A stretch of 64,000 nucleotides of DNA from an uncultured Planctomycetaceae bacterium (GCA_963815195.1 CAWFGE010000013.1:928001-992000), one strand, 5' to 3'; positions 1 to 10,960 are shown, numbered from the stretch's first letter. Notes: a model not told the origin generated them from the sequence alone. Translations and numbers: made by a program.

Positions 1-760
1 TTCAAAACCGTCTCGAAGCCGAGCGGCCCAATCACGTCTGGACGGTCGATTTCAAAGGCTGGTGGCGCACCGGGGATCGGATGCGCTTCGAGCCCTTGAC
101 GGTGCGCGACGCTTACAGCCGCTTCATTCTTTGTGCGCAGGCTTTGGAGAACAGCCGCACTCAGACCGTTCAGAGCGCGTTCGAGCGATTGTTCCTCCAG
201 CAGGGCTTGCCGGAAGTCATTCGCAGCGACAACGGCTCGCCGTTTGCTTGCACGCGGGCTCCATTGGGTCTGAGCCGTCTGTCGGCCTGGTGGCTGGCAT
301 TGGGCGTGGACCTGGATCGGATTCCGCCCGCGCGGCCGGATCAGAATCGCGCACGAGCGAATGCATCGGGACATTGCTTGGGAGTTGGAATGCGACGCCG
401 AGGCCACGCTCCCCTCCCAACAGGCGGCCTTGGACGTATGGCGCGCCACCTACAACACCGAGCGTCCGCACGAGGCTCTGGGGATGCAGGTTCCCGCCGA
501 TTTGTACGTTCCCTCGCCGCGCCGCTTCGAGGCGGACGAGTTGGTGTTGGAGTACCCGGCGGAGTATTCTGCGCCGCCATGTGGGCCCCAGCGGGGCGAT
601 CAAGGTTCACAACATCCGCATCCCCGTTTCGGAAGCCTTGGCCGGCTGGGACGTGGGCTTGAAGTACGAAGCGGCGAAGCGTTACGGCTTGTGGTTTTGC
701 CGGCTGCGGTTGGGCGAAGTGGACCTGGAAACCCAGAAGTTTACAGCCGTCAAGTCGTAA
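1..760 (+). mobile_element. IS481-type DDE (rve) transposase, 5' end outside the window, two apparent frameshifts (~347, ~570)
   Basis: Frame 3 reads ERPNHVWTVDFKGWWRT...PEVIRSDNGSPF...IPPARPDQN. The next frame gives HERMHRD...YNTERPHEALG, and the third ends ...GLWFCRLRLGEVDLETQKFTAVKS* at 760. These carry the D, D and E motifs of an integrase core. Confidence 0.85.
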
Positions 761-1032
761 GACTGTTGGGGGCTTTGCCCCCAAACCCCCAGGATTTTTC
801 GCCTGGGGTCCAAAGCAGGTTGGGGAAGACAAGAAGGGAAGCGAACCCTGTGGCGCGCTCCCCTCCTGCTTCGGACCCCACGCCGGGCGCTCGGGTTGCT
901 TCCCAGCAGAGCCCTATCCTCCTCGTGGGTAAGGCAGTCTTCGGCGCTTTAACCGGAAGGTCTTTAAGAGTTCTCATCATCGTGTTGAGTTCCAACCGAA
1001 ACTGAAGTCCGCAACTTTTCTCGTGCCCCGCA
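761..1032 (+). other. Structured non-coding IS tail ending in a putative terminal inverted repeat (...CTCGTGCCCCGCA)
   Basis: Hairpin GGGGGC-TTT-GCCCCC near 768-782. Long-range stem 805-819 (GGGGTCCAAAGCAGG) pairs with 865-879 (CCTGCTTCGGACCCC). The region ends in CA at 1032, as TG...CA IS ends do. The partner repeat is not in the window. Confidence 0.45.
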
Positions 1033-1054
1033 CTCCGTCCTCGGCTCTCCGCGG

Positions 1055-3744
1055 TCATGTCATCTCTTCTTTGTTGACCAGGATCTCGTCGCCGTCGGGT
1101 TCGGCGAACGTGAAATTGTGGCGTTTGAAGATCGAGATCATCCGGCGGTTGTGCGTGGTGGTTTCCGCCCACACGCGGTGAACGCCCCATTTTTGCGCGA
1201 TTTCCATGCAATAGTCGGTGAGCAGCGAACCCAGGCCCAAATCCTGCCAGGCGTCCGCGATGAGCACGGCGTATTCCGCGTCCTGGCGGTCGGCATCGGC
1301 GACGAGCCGGCCGACGCCGAGCAGCTTCCGCTCGCTTTCCTCCTCGATTTCCGCCACGATGGCAATCTCGCGGTCGTAATCGATAAAGCAAAACCGCGCG
1401 GCCATCTCGTGCGTGGTTTCTTTGAAGATGTAGCGGAAGCGAAACCACAAAGACTCGCGAGAGCACGCGGCCAGCAGTGCGTGCCACATCGGCTCGTCTT
1501 CGGGTTTGATCGGCCGCAACAGCACAGCCCGGCCGTCTTTGAGCTTCGCCTTCCGGATAAACTCCTCCGGGTAGGGTCGAATCGCCAGATGAGAATACGG
1601 CTCGACGGGCTGAAGCAGAACCTCGTGATCGAGCACGATCCGGGCATCGAGGGCCACGACTTCCTCGGGCGTGACCAACAGCGGGTTGACGTCGAGTTCC
1701 TTGATCTCCGGATAGTCCGCCACGAGATACGACAACCGCATGAGCACTTCGACGAGGCGGTCGATGTTCATCGCCGGCCGGCCGCGAAAGTTTTTGAGCA
1801 AAGGCCACGAGCGCAGCGATTCGAGCATCCGCCGCGCGAGCCGCTCCGTAAGCGGGGGAAGTTCTAAGGCCCGGTCTCGGAACAGCTCGGCCTGAATCCC
1901 GCCGGCTCCCGCCATGAGGACCATTCCAAACACCGGATCGCGTTTGGCGCCCACGATCATTTCGCAGCCCCGCGGAACGGAGATCATCCGCTGAATCGTC
2001 ACGCCTTCGATTCGCGCCTCGCCGTTGTGCGCTTTCGCCGAGCGGACCATGCGGTCGTAGGCGGCGGTGACTTCTTCGTCATTGGGAAGATTCGAGCGCC
2101 ACGCCCCCCGCGTCGGTTTTGTGCGTGATGTCAGGCGACAGAATCTTCATCGCCACGGGATAACCGATCCGCCGGGCGAGCCGGACGGCGTCTTCCGGCG
2201 AATGGGCGGCGTAGGGCTTGGTGACGGGAATCTCGTAGGCTTCCAAGAGGGCTTTGGAGAGGCCTTCGCTCAAGATGTCGTGCCCTTCGCTTAAGACCGT
2301 ATCGAACACGGCCCGCAACTTGCCCCGGTCCAAGGGGAACTCGAGCGGCACGTCCCGCGGGGTTTCGTAAAGCACTTGCCGATTCCGGGTGTAAGACACC
2401 AGATACATAAAGGCCCGCACCGCCTGTTCGGGCGAGGAATAGGTCGGAATGCCCGCCGCGTTGAGCGTCTCGATGCCCTCGGCCACGCGGCTTGCCCCCA
2501 TCCAGGCCGTCAGCACCGTCTTGCGGGACGGCTTGGCCGATTGCACCACGGCTTCCGCCGCTTGGGTCGGTTCGGTCATCGCCTGAGGCGAGAGAATCAC
2601 GATCGCCGCGTCGACGCCCTCATCGGCCAGAACAATTCGCAGCGTCTCGCCGAACCGCTCGGGCGGGGCATCGCCGAGGATGTCGATCGGATTCCCATGC
2701 GACCACGCGGCCGGGAGCAGGTTGTCGAGTTCTTGCCTCGTCTTCTCGGACAACTCCGCGAGAACGCCCTGCCGTTCGATCAAAGCATCGGTGGCCATGA
2801 CCCCCGGTCCGCCGGCGTTGGTGATGATCGCGAGCCTCGCCCCCTTGGGCAGCGGATGCCTCGCCAGCAATTCGGCACAATCAAACATGTCGTCGAGTTC
2901 GAACACGCGAACCACACCCGCGCGGTTGAACGCGGCTTGATAAACATCGTCCACGCCGGCCATCGCCCCGGTATGCGAAGCCGCGGCCTTGGCGGATTGC
3001 TCGAAGCGGCCCGCCTTGTAGGCGACGATCGGCTTCTCGCGGGCAAAGGCCCGCGCCGCGGACATAAACTGCCGGGCCCCGTGAATCGATTCCACATAAA
3101 GAATGATGGCGTCCGTCCTGTGATCCGCCGCGAAAAAATCGATCAGGTCGCCGACCGAAATGTCGAGCATATTGCCGATGGAAACGAAATACGAAAACCC
3201 CACATTTTCCCCAGCCGCCCAATCCAAGACCGACGTGCACAGCGCGCCGGATTGGGAAATAAATGCAATCCCGCCGGGCCTCGGCGTTCCGGCGGCGAAG
3301 CTGGCGTTCAACTTGGCGTGCGGAGCCATCAGGCCCAGGCAGTTAGGCCCCAGGATTCGCATCCCGTCGAATTCCCGCTGGGCTTCGCGGATTTGCGATT
3401 CCAACTCTTTGCCAGCGTCGCCCGCTTCCGAAAAACCCGCCGAGATGATGACCAGCCCCAAAATCCCCGCCTGCCCGCATTCGCGGATTATCTCCGGAAC
3501 GGTCGCGGCGGGCGTGCAGATCACGGCGAGATCGACGGGCTTGGGAAGTTGGCTCACATCGGCGAACGCCGGCTTGCCGAGCACCGTCTCGTACTTCGGA
3601 TGAATCGGAAACAGCGCCGCCCTCAAAGCCGGCGTCGATCAGGTTCTGAAACACCGTCGTGCCGACGCTCGCAGGTTTCTCGCTGGCCCCGATCACGGCG
3701 ATCGCGTGCGGCCGAAAGATCTTTTCCAAATTGCGGATGGCCAA
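1055..3744 (-). CDS. Acyl-CoA synthetase (NDP-forming)-like/GNAT fusion, Pat/Pka-type protein lysine acetyltransferase; two apparent frameshifts (~3620, ~2090)
   Basis: Joins the N-terminus of ORF 3343-3786 (LEKIFRPHAIAVIGAS), 2079-3626 (LGPNCLG, SQSGA, TNAGGPG) and 1055-2050 (ATP-grasp ELDVNPL, then GNAT LLRPIKPED...WQDLGLG). TTG start at 3744 after AAGGAGA. Confidence 0.9.
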
Positions 3745-4069
3745 GGCGTATCTCCTTCCAGCTTTCGCCAGCCGGGCCAGGGGCACGGTCTGGACAAATG
3801 GCGCATTGATGGCGTTGCCGTGTCGCCGACTTCGATGGCCCCTTCCGTCTGGCTGCCATATTAGACGTTTTCAACCGGCTCCCTCAAGAAGGTCCGACCC
3901 GATTTCACCGCGTTGGCGTGATTCATGAACGAAAGTTGATGGAAAGGTTTGTTGCCTTTTTTCGAGTGGTACAAGACCGGCGAGAAAGAAGCCCCCCGCC
4001 CCAAGATTTCCTCCATCCGGGCAAACGGTTATTGGGAATTCCGGCGAAGGGGGCTATACTGAGCGCATT

Positions 4070-6106
4070 ATGCGGCAAGAATCCCACTGCCTCCGCCCGC
4101 GTCGGTGCGGAGGTCTCATGGACGGAGATCGAAGACCTGCTCGATCATCTCGCGCAGCGGGCCGGGGAACCGATTGCCCCCGCGGAGTTTTTCGCCGAAC
4201 TCCTGATCCAGGCGGTGCCCGCGCTCGCGGCGGTCGCGGGAGCCGTGTGGACGATCCACCCGCAAGGCCAGATCGAATTGGCCCACCAGGTGAACCTGGC
4301 CGCGACCGAAGTGGGAGCCAGCGACGATGCGATGGAGTCTCACACCCGCCTCTTGCAAAAGGCCTTGGGCGAAGCCGGGGCCGTTGCGGTCCCGCCGATT
4401 TCCGCGTCCGACGCCGGCCCCCGCAACGGGCGGCCGGAGAACCCCACCGAATATCTGATTCTGTTCTCCCCCATTCGGGCCGAGAACAAGGTCGTCGGGC
4501 TCTTGGAGATTTTTCAGCGACCGCACACCACGCACGCGGCCCAGCAGGGGTTTTTGCGGTTTCTGGAAACCTTGAGCGAAATCGCCGCGGATTTCACCCG
4601 CCGGCAGGAGCTGCGGGATCTCCGCGATCGGGCCGCGCTGTGGGGCCAATATGAAGCCTTCGCGGAACGGGTCCACGCCAGCTTGGACCTGGACCGCACC
4701 GCGTTCGTGTTGGCCAACGACGGGCGGGGTTTGATCGGCTGCGACCGCGTGAGCGTGCTTCTGGTCAAAGGCCGGCATTGCCGACTGAAGGCCGTCAGCG
4801 GGCAGGACACCATCGATCGCCGGGCCAATGCGGTGCGGTTTCTGGAGCAACTCTGCAAAGCGGTCGTGCGGACGAACGAACCCTTGTGGTATGCCGACGA
4901 TCCCGCGAACCTCCCGCCGCAACTCGAAGCGCCGCTAGAACGTTACGTCGATGAATCCCACGCGCGGATGCTCGCGGTCGTGCCGCTCCACGATCCCATC
5001 GACGAGGAGGAGCCGTTCGGCGCGTCCGCACGTTCGGGGCGTTGGTGGCGGAAAGGTTCGATGCCGACCCGGATCCCGAAACCACCCGCCATCGCGCCCT
5101 AGCCGTGTGCGGCCACGGGGCGGCAGCGCTTCGCAACTCCTTGGCCTATCAGAGTTTGCCGTTCTTCAAACTGCTTAAAGCCCTCCAAGGGGCGGCTTGG
5201 TACATCCGCCTCAAAAACCTGCCGAAAACGCTGCTGGTTTTGGGCCTGATCGCGGCGGTCGTCGCGGCGCTAATCTTTGTGCCGGCAGACTTTACGGTCT
5301 CCGGCGAAGGCGAGCTTCAGCCGGAAATCCGCCGGGATGTGTTCGCCTGGGCCGACGGCGTGGTCGAAAAAGTCCGGGTCGAGCACGGCCAAAACGTCGA
5401 GAAAGGTCAACTCCTTGCCGAGATGCGGCAGACGGAACTCCAATACGAAATCAGCCGCGTCCTGGGCGAAAAACAAACCGCGACGGCCCGTCTCGCCTCG
5501 GCGCGGGCTTCCAAATTCAGCAAACCCTCCGACATTTCCCTTCAGGAAAACCGCCTGCGAATCGCCCAACTCACCGCCGAGGAAAGCGAAATCGAAGAGC
5601 TCCTAAAGAGCCTCGACGAGCAACTCAAAATCCTCGATCAGAAGCAAGCGGAACTGAAAATCAAAAGCCCCATCGCCGGGCAGGTGCTAACGTGGGATGT
5701 CAGCCCGCTTCTGGACAAACGCCCGGTCGCCCGCGGACAGGTGCTGCTGACGGTGGCCGACCTCCAAGGCCCGTGGGTCGTGGAAATTCGCGTGCCGGAC
5801 GATCAGATCGGCCACGTGTTCGAGGCCCGCCGGCGAACGGGCGAGGATTTGCCGGTGGAATTTCTGCTCGCGACCGATCCCGAGACGACCTACGCGGGCA
5901 AAATCTCCCGCATCAGCATGCGCACGGAAACCGACAAGGAGCACGGGGCGAGCGTGCTGGTGACCGTCGCCATCAACAAGGGCGACATCCCGGATTTGAG
6001 GCCCGGCGCGACCGTGATCCCCAAAATCCACTGCGGCCGAAAACCCGTGGGCTACGTCTGGTTCCACGACCTCTACGACGCGGTGGAGACGTATATCCTC
6101 TTCTAA
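4070..6106 (+). CDS. GAF domain-HlyD (membrane fusion protein) fusion, copy 1; apparent frameshift ~5030, start uncertain
   Basis: ORF 3918-5102 has GAF-like segments (VVGLLEIFQRP, IGCDRVSV, AVSGQDTIDRRAN). ORF 5042-6106 has a TM helix, lipoyl-like hairpin (DGVVEKVRVEHGQNVEKGQLL, IKSPIAGQV) and coiled coil. Paralog of 35029-37078. Confidence 0.85.
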
Positions 6107-6278
6107 TCCGCGCCATCGGCGGGCGTTTGCGTAAAATCGTTAAACCCGGCCGATTCGGCTGCGGCCTCTCGGCAAGCGGATTCGATTTCGATATTGTTGA
6201 CTCCAGGGCACCGCCTCCTACGATTCTGAAGTCAACACGAAATCCACCCTTTCCCGCAAGGTCAGGAGCTTGACCGAC

Positions 6279-7241
6279 ATGACCACCCGATCCCATCGAA
6301 ATCGTCTGTTGTTCGTTTTCGCCGGCTGTCTGGCGTCCGCGGCCGCGTCTTGGGGTGCCTGGGCGTTCGCGGATGACCAAAACCCAGACTACGAGCCGAA
6401 CCCGCTGCCGGCGGGAATCGAAGTCAAGGACGCCCAAGTCACGCTGATTCAGCAGGTCGTCGTGCCCGCCGAAGATGCAGGCGTCATCGACACCACGCTC
6501 GTCAAGGAAGGCGACCTCGTCGAGAAAGGCGATCTTCTGGGCCGGATCAGCGATGCCGAGGCCCAACTCCAGCGCCGCAAGGCCCAGTTGGAAATGGAGA
6601 TCGCGGCTCTCAAGGCGAAGAACGACGTCAGCATCCGCTACGCCCGCAAGTCGTCCGAAGTGCTCGGGGCGGAACTCAAGCGGTCGGAAGAAGCGGTCGA
6701 GCGGGTGAAGTCGGCCGTCTCTCAAACCGAGCTCGACCGCCTTCGCCTGTCGGTGCAAAAGGCGAATCTCGAAATCGAGCAGGCCCAGCGGGATCTCGAC
6801 GAGCAGGGACTCAACCATCAGCTCAAAGTCAACGAATACGCCCTCGCCACACGGGCCGTCGAACGCCGGCAAATCCGCTCGCCCATCGCGGGCAAAGTCG
6901 TGGAAGTCTCGAAGCAGGGCGGCGAATGGGTCGAACCCGGCAACCAGGTGTTCCGCATCGTCCGCATCGACCGCCTGCGGGTCAAAGGCTTTGTGAACCT
7001 CAATCAACTCGTCGGCGACTTCGAAGGCCGGCCCGCGACGCTCGTCATCGAATTCCCCAATCGCCCCCGCGCCAACTTAAAATTCCCCGGCAAGCTGGTG
7101 TTCGTCAGCCCCGAAGTCAACGAAGTCAACGGCGAACAGGTCGAAGTCTGGGCCGAGGTGGAGAACAAAGGCATGCAACTCCGCCCCGGCATGCACGGCA
7201 CCCTCGTCATCCACAACCCAACGACAACCGCGGCGAAATAA
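6279..7241 (+). CDS. HlyD-family periplasmic adaptor (MFP) with signal peptide
   Basis: Signal peptide (...AWAFA), VPAEDAGVI...VKEGDLVEKGDLL, coiled coil, IRSPIAGKVV, beta-barrel LRPGMHGTLVI. Confidence 0.88.
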   Translation: MTTRSHRNRLLFVFAGCLASAAASWGAWAFADDQNPDYEPNPLPAGIEVKDAQVTLIQQVVVPAEDAGVIDTTLVKEGDLVEKGDLLGRISDAEAQLQRRKAQLEMEIAALKAKNDVSIRYARKSSEVLGAELKRSEEAVERVKSAVSQTELDRLRLSVQKANLEIEQAQRDLDEQGLNHQLKVNEYALATRAVERRQIRSPIAGKVVEVSKQGGEWVEPGNQVFRIVRIDRLRVKGFVNLNQLVGDFEGRPATLVIEFPNRPRANLKFPGKLVFVSPEVNEVNGEQVEVWAEVENKGMQLRPGMHGTLVIHNPTTTAAK

Positions 7242-7270
7242 AGGCGAGCGTGGGGCGTCAGCCCCATGAT
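7242..7270. repeat. REP-like palindrome family A (TGGGGCGTCAGCCCCA core)
   Basis: Reverse complement matches 41323-41351 with 1 mismatch. A third copy at 29420-29446 has a compensatory stem change. Confidence 0.8.
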
Positions 7271-7348
7271 GTCGCAGCATTTCGAGACGCACCCACTCGC
7301 GACGCGACACCGCCAAGAATTCAGGCATCCCAACAGAGAGCATCGATC

Positions 7349-8588
7349 ATGATTACTATCTCCCCCGTCAAGCGCACCCTCGTCCCGATCGATAGTTTGG
7401 CGGCCCATCGGATTATGGGGCCGAACTATGATGAGTTCCAGAACGATGAGGAAATCTGGACCATCCTCCAGGAGAAGCCGGATTGCATTTTGCGCGTGAC
7501 GATGGCCCATTGCGATCAAATGCACAAAGAGGAGATCCTCAAAGACGGCTCGCCCGAAGCCTTGGACCAAGCCGCCTTGAACATGCGGCAGCTGATCGAT
7601 AGCCCCATGACCCGCGTGGTCGAAAACATGCTCTGGGTCTATGAGATCCGCGACCGCCGCCGGCCGGAACTTCGGCAGATTGGCCTGGGCGGAGCCGCGA
7701 AAACGAAGGAAATCCGCACCGAGCACACGCCCGAGGGTTCGGTGATCCGCAACGAAGGCATCCGCGAGGAAAAAGCCCGCGGCCGGGCGATGCTCATCGA
7801 GCGGACGCATTCTTACATCGGCACCGTCAACAACACCGTGGAAGATCAAACCGGCCAAATCACCGCCGCCCTCGAAAGCTACGCCGACGCCCGCAGCGAC
7901 GATTACGAAGCGACCGACGAGTTCGGCAACAAGCACCGCGTCTGGCTCGTCACGGAACGCGAGGCAATCGACAGCTTCATCCGCCTGTTCGCCGCCGAGC
8001 CTTGCGCTTTCGTCGCGGACGGCAACCACAGAAGCGCCGCCGCCGCGCTCTTGGGCCACGCAGAATATCTTGCGGTGTTCTTCACCACCAACCGCATGTG
8101 GCTCGCTCCCTACAACCGCCTGGTCAAACCGAAAAAACACATCGAGAACTGGCCCGAAGCCTTGGCCCAATCCTTCGAGGTGGAACCCCTGGGCGACCGG
8201 CCGGAGTTCCAGCCGGCGGCAACCCACGAAATCGGTTTCTATCTGCCGGGGAACTGGTATCGATTGCGGCCGAAAGCGGGCACCTTCGATCCACAAAACG
8301 CGGCCCAGTCGATCGATTCCGACATCGTGCAGAACCGCATCTTCAAAGATCTCTTAGATATCGAAGACCCCCGCGACGAGCAGTCTGACTTTCGTCGGCG
8401 GCAACAAAAGCTCCGCCTGGCTCAAAGCCCAAGTCGACCAAGGCGATCACGAGTTCGCCGTCACCCTGCCGCCCGTGACCATGCAGCAGTTCGTCGAAGT
8501 CTGCAAACAAAACCGCTTCATGCCCCCCAAGTCCACCTGGTTCGAACCCAAAATCCGCAGCGGTTTGGTGACGGCCCTGTTGGATTGA
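7349..8588 (+). CDS. DUF1015 family protein; apparent frameshift ~8380
   Basis: GPNYD and FVADGNHRSAAA motifs. The shifted frame ends MPPKSTWFEPKIRSGLVTALLD*, a typical DUF1015 C-terminus. Confidence 0.85.
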
Positions 8589-8599
8589 GTGATGCGCTC

Positions 8600-8753
8600 C
8601 GCCGGGTGCCACTGCTGGCTTGCCCAGCCGTGCTTTGAGAGTAGGAGTTCGGTCCGAAATGTTGGCATAGGTTTCCGGCGAATTGCATCCGGGGAAAGAT
8701 CAAAAACTCTTGCAGTTCGGCACTGCTGGGCAAGCCAGCAGCGGCACCCGGCG
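8600..8753. repeat. Inverted REP pair (REPIN-like), left boundary of the island
   Basis: 8603-8633 CGGGTGCCACTGCTGGCTTGCCCAGCCGTGC is inverted at 8720-8750 with 2 mismatches. Each arm is itself palindromic. Confidence 0.85.
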
Positions 8754-9197
8754 TTCCGTTTGGTAGCTTTTGTATTCATGCCGGAGCATCTGCATCTTTT
8801 GGTTTATCCCGTGGGAGAGTCGGAGGTCAGCGATTTGCTCAAGGCCATCAAGAAACCGTTTTCGTTTCGGATCAAAGGGCTTCTCAAAGAACAAAACAGT
8901 CCGTTGCTGAACCGCCTTACGATTCGAGAACGCCCCGGCAAGATGTCTTTCCGATACTGGCAAGAAGGAGGAGGCTATGACCGCAACCTCTATTCGGAAG
9001 AAGCCGTGATGGCCGCCATCGATTACATCCACGCCAACCCGGTCCGCCGGGGACTCGTCGAACAGACCCGGCAATGGAAATGGTCCAGTGCCCGCTGGTA
9101 CGAATCCGAGGGCCAAGAGGTCGATCCTGACCTTTCCCAAATCCACGGTCTCCCTTCCGAGTTCTTTACGAACACGGATAAAACAAGAGGAGGTTGA
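8751..9197 (+). pseudogene. REP-associated tyrosine transposase (RAYT, Y1/HUH), C-terminal part only
   Basis: FRLVAFVFMPEHLHLLV (HUH motif), FRYWQEGGGYDRN, IDYIHANPVRRGLV (catalytic Tyr), WKWSSA. The upstream part of ORF 8589-9197 is translated REPIN DNA. Confidence 0.85.
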
Positions 9198-9208
9198 ACA
9201 AGGATTCG

Positions 9209-9285
9209 CACTGGCAACAAGTTGCCAGTGGCACCCGAAAAGTCCTATATAAATGACACCACCAACTGACAGTGCCACCCCGCCG
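9209..9285 (+). repeat. ~80-bp composite REP unit, copy 1
   Basis: CACTGGCA-ACAAGT-TGCCAGTG GCACCCGAAA, then an AT-rich spacer, then CTGACAGTGCCACCCCGCCG. Inverted copy at 11123-11199 and direct copy at 11425-11497. Confidence 0.85.
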
Positions 9286-9338
9286 AAATCGAGCAAAGTC
9301 GAACAATTAAACAGTTAACGTTGACTATAGGAGGCACG

Positions 9339-9638
9339 ATGTCCAACGAATGGCCCTTTGCTGATCAGAAGAACGTAGCTGTAATTACAGTGCGGCAAAT
9401 CGTTCATGATGGTCGCCCGATTTTACGCGTATCGCACGATATCGAGGATGGATGTTGGCAATTTCTCGAATGGGACTCACCTAAAGAAGAGCATGCAATG
9501 GTGGTTGCCCTCGAAAGAATTGTTGCCCTCGACCCATCCGTTAAAGAGTTAGCAGATTTGCCGCTTGGATGGAGAGCTATCCGGCGACAATTTGGCGATC
9601 CGTGGCATCGTGAGATTAATCCACATGTTCAAACCTGA
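9339..9638 (+). CDS. Small protein resembling Imm33/DUF2185 immunity-like family
   Basis: GGAGG ribosome-binding site, then MSNEWPFADQKNVAVITVRQI...PILRVSHDIEDGCWQFL...LDPSVKELADLPLGWRA. Confidence 0.6.
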   Translation: MSNEWPFADQKNVAVITVRQIVHDGRPILRVSHDIEDGCWQFLEWDSPKEEHAMVVALERIVALDPSVKELADLPLGWRAIRRQFGDPWHREINPHVQT

Positions 9639-9649
9639 AATCGAGTGAC

Positions 9650-9782
9650 GTAGGGCCGGCTGTGCCGGCCTTTTCGACGAAGGGAATCATACTTATGCCC
9701 AATTGGCGGCTGGGTATGCCGGCCATTTGGTGCGAGAAAAATCGTTGTGTCAAAAACAAAAGGCCGGCACAGCCGGCCCTAC
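9650..9782. repeat. GTAG-type REP inverted pair (REPIN-like)
   Basis: Perfect 25-bp inverted repeat GTAGGGCCGGCTGTGCCGGCCTTTT (9650-9674) and AAAAGGCCGGCACAGCCGGCCCTAC (9758-9782). Confidence 0.9.
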
Positions 9783-9796
9783 TCGGCTTTGAAAAT

Positions 9797-10069
9797 TTAT
9801 TTTCCACAACATGCACATCGAGTTGTTGTTACTTCATAGTAAGGTGATGCGTTGGCTTGCCTCCTTTTGTATCGGAAGTTGTCAATTATTTCTTTTGGAG
9901 TTGTTGGCTCACCTCCACCTTCGCAGCCTTGGAGTAGGCACGCTGCTCGGCAATCCTCACGGCAACGATTGTTATAGTATTCCAGAATCACCATAAGTCT
10001 ATTGACTTCATCCTTAGTCAGATTGTCTAGCACGTCATACGCTAATTTGCCAATACTATCAGGTGTCAT
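9797..10069 (-). CDS. Small Cys-rich hypothetical protein ending RCACCGK, coupled to the upstream gene
   Basis: 90-aa ORF in AT-rich DNA. Its ATG overlaps the last codons of 10059-10691. Confidence 0.65.
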   Translation of the reverse strand: MTPDSIGKLAYDVLDNLTKDEVNRLMVILEYYNNRCREDCRAACLLQGCEGGGEPTTPKEIIDNFRYKRRQANASPYYEVTTTRCACCGK

Positions 10070-10691
10070 ATATCACCCCGCAGTTAGAACAGGTTCGCCT
10101 GAAACTAAATCGCTGACGGTCGTATTCTGGCTTCCAATGTCTGTCACACGCCGAACATTTGAGTCCGAGGTTTGGATACTTTTTCGCAACGTGACGATAA
10201 CCTTCTCGTTTATATTTCTGCTTTAGCCTTGCGAGTTCATGTTTCCATTCTCCTTCGAGTTCTACCCACGCATTCTTTAACCGTGCAAATTTTGCGGAGG
10301 ACACATCTCCGTCAAAAAGCACTTGCTGAATGTCGGCAACTAAGCGATGTAGTTTTTTTGCGACATTGGATTGGTATTCGAGTTTGCCTCGTCTGCGGTC
10401 AACCAAGTTCCATAAGCTCAATGTGAGAAGCAGGAGGGAAATAGCACCAGCAATAATTGCTACCCACAGGTCAATTGTTTTGGACTTGTTTTCTATGGAA
10501 TACAGAATTGATTGTGTGAACAGGACATATATGGATAAAACCACAGAACACCAATCCAGCAACTTCATCTGGGTTTCCATGCAATGGACACTCTGGTCGT
10601 ATGCAAACTCCATCATTTCAAGACCAGCCACCCTTCTGCGTAGCTCATCTAACTGCCGTGATGTTTGGTCCGCTCCGCTATCATTGGCCAT
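10059..10691 (-). CDS. 2TM SLATT-like protein with C-terminal double CxxC (resembles mobilome CxxCx(n)CxxC proteins)
   Basis: ATG at 10691 after AAAAGGA. Two hydrophobic helices (LLDWCSVVLSIYVLF; LWVAIIAGAISLLLLTLSLW), a helical region, then CSAC-x18-CSNC. Confidence 0.7.
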   Translation of the reverse strand: MANDSGADQTSRQLDELRRRVAGLEMMEFAYDQSVHCMETQMKLLDWCSVVLSIYVLFTQSILYSIENKSKTIDLWVAIIAGAISLLLLTLSLWNLVDRRRGKLEYQSNVAKKLHRLVADIQQVLFDGDVSSAKFARLKNAWVELEGEWKHELARLKQKYKREGYRHVAKKYPNLGLKCSACDRHWKPEYDRQRFSFRRTCSNCGVIYDT

Positions 10692-10924
10692 GAGAGATGT
10701 CCTTTTCGTAACTCGTTGTTTGAGATTTTTCTTAACATTTGTACTCAAGTCAATGTTTATGCCATCAAAACCGCTATATTTGGTAAAATCATGCGATTTT
10801 TCCCCATCATCTTGTATTTTTACCGCCGTGGGGCCGCAGGATTCCTCGCTAAACTGCCTAGTCAACGCAAATTGCTACTGAAAACCAAGTGTCTACTGGG
10901 TGTTTATCCTAATGTAAACGTGGC

Positions 10925-10960
10925 AAGCCTTGTCAATCGTGATGACTGACAAGGCTTTTT
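10925..10960. promoter_or_regulatory. Inverted repeat (terminator- or operator-like)
   Basis: AAGCCTTGTCA (10925-10935) pairs with TGACAAGGCTT (10947-10957), followed by TTT. Confidence 0.45.

Noticed and set aside
8589..8750. N-terminus of ORF 8589-9197 as real RAYT sequence
   Set aside because: It is a translation of the REP pair and its spacer; RAYT similarity starts only at about RHPAFRLVAF.
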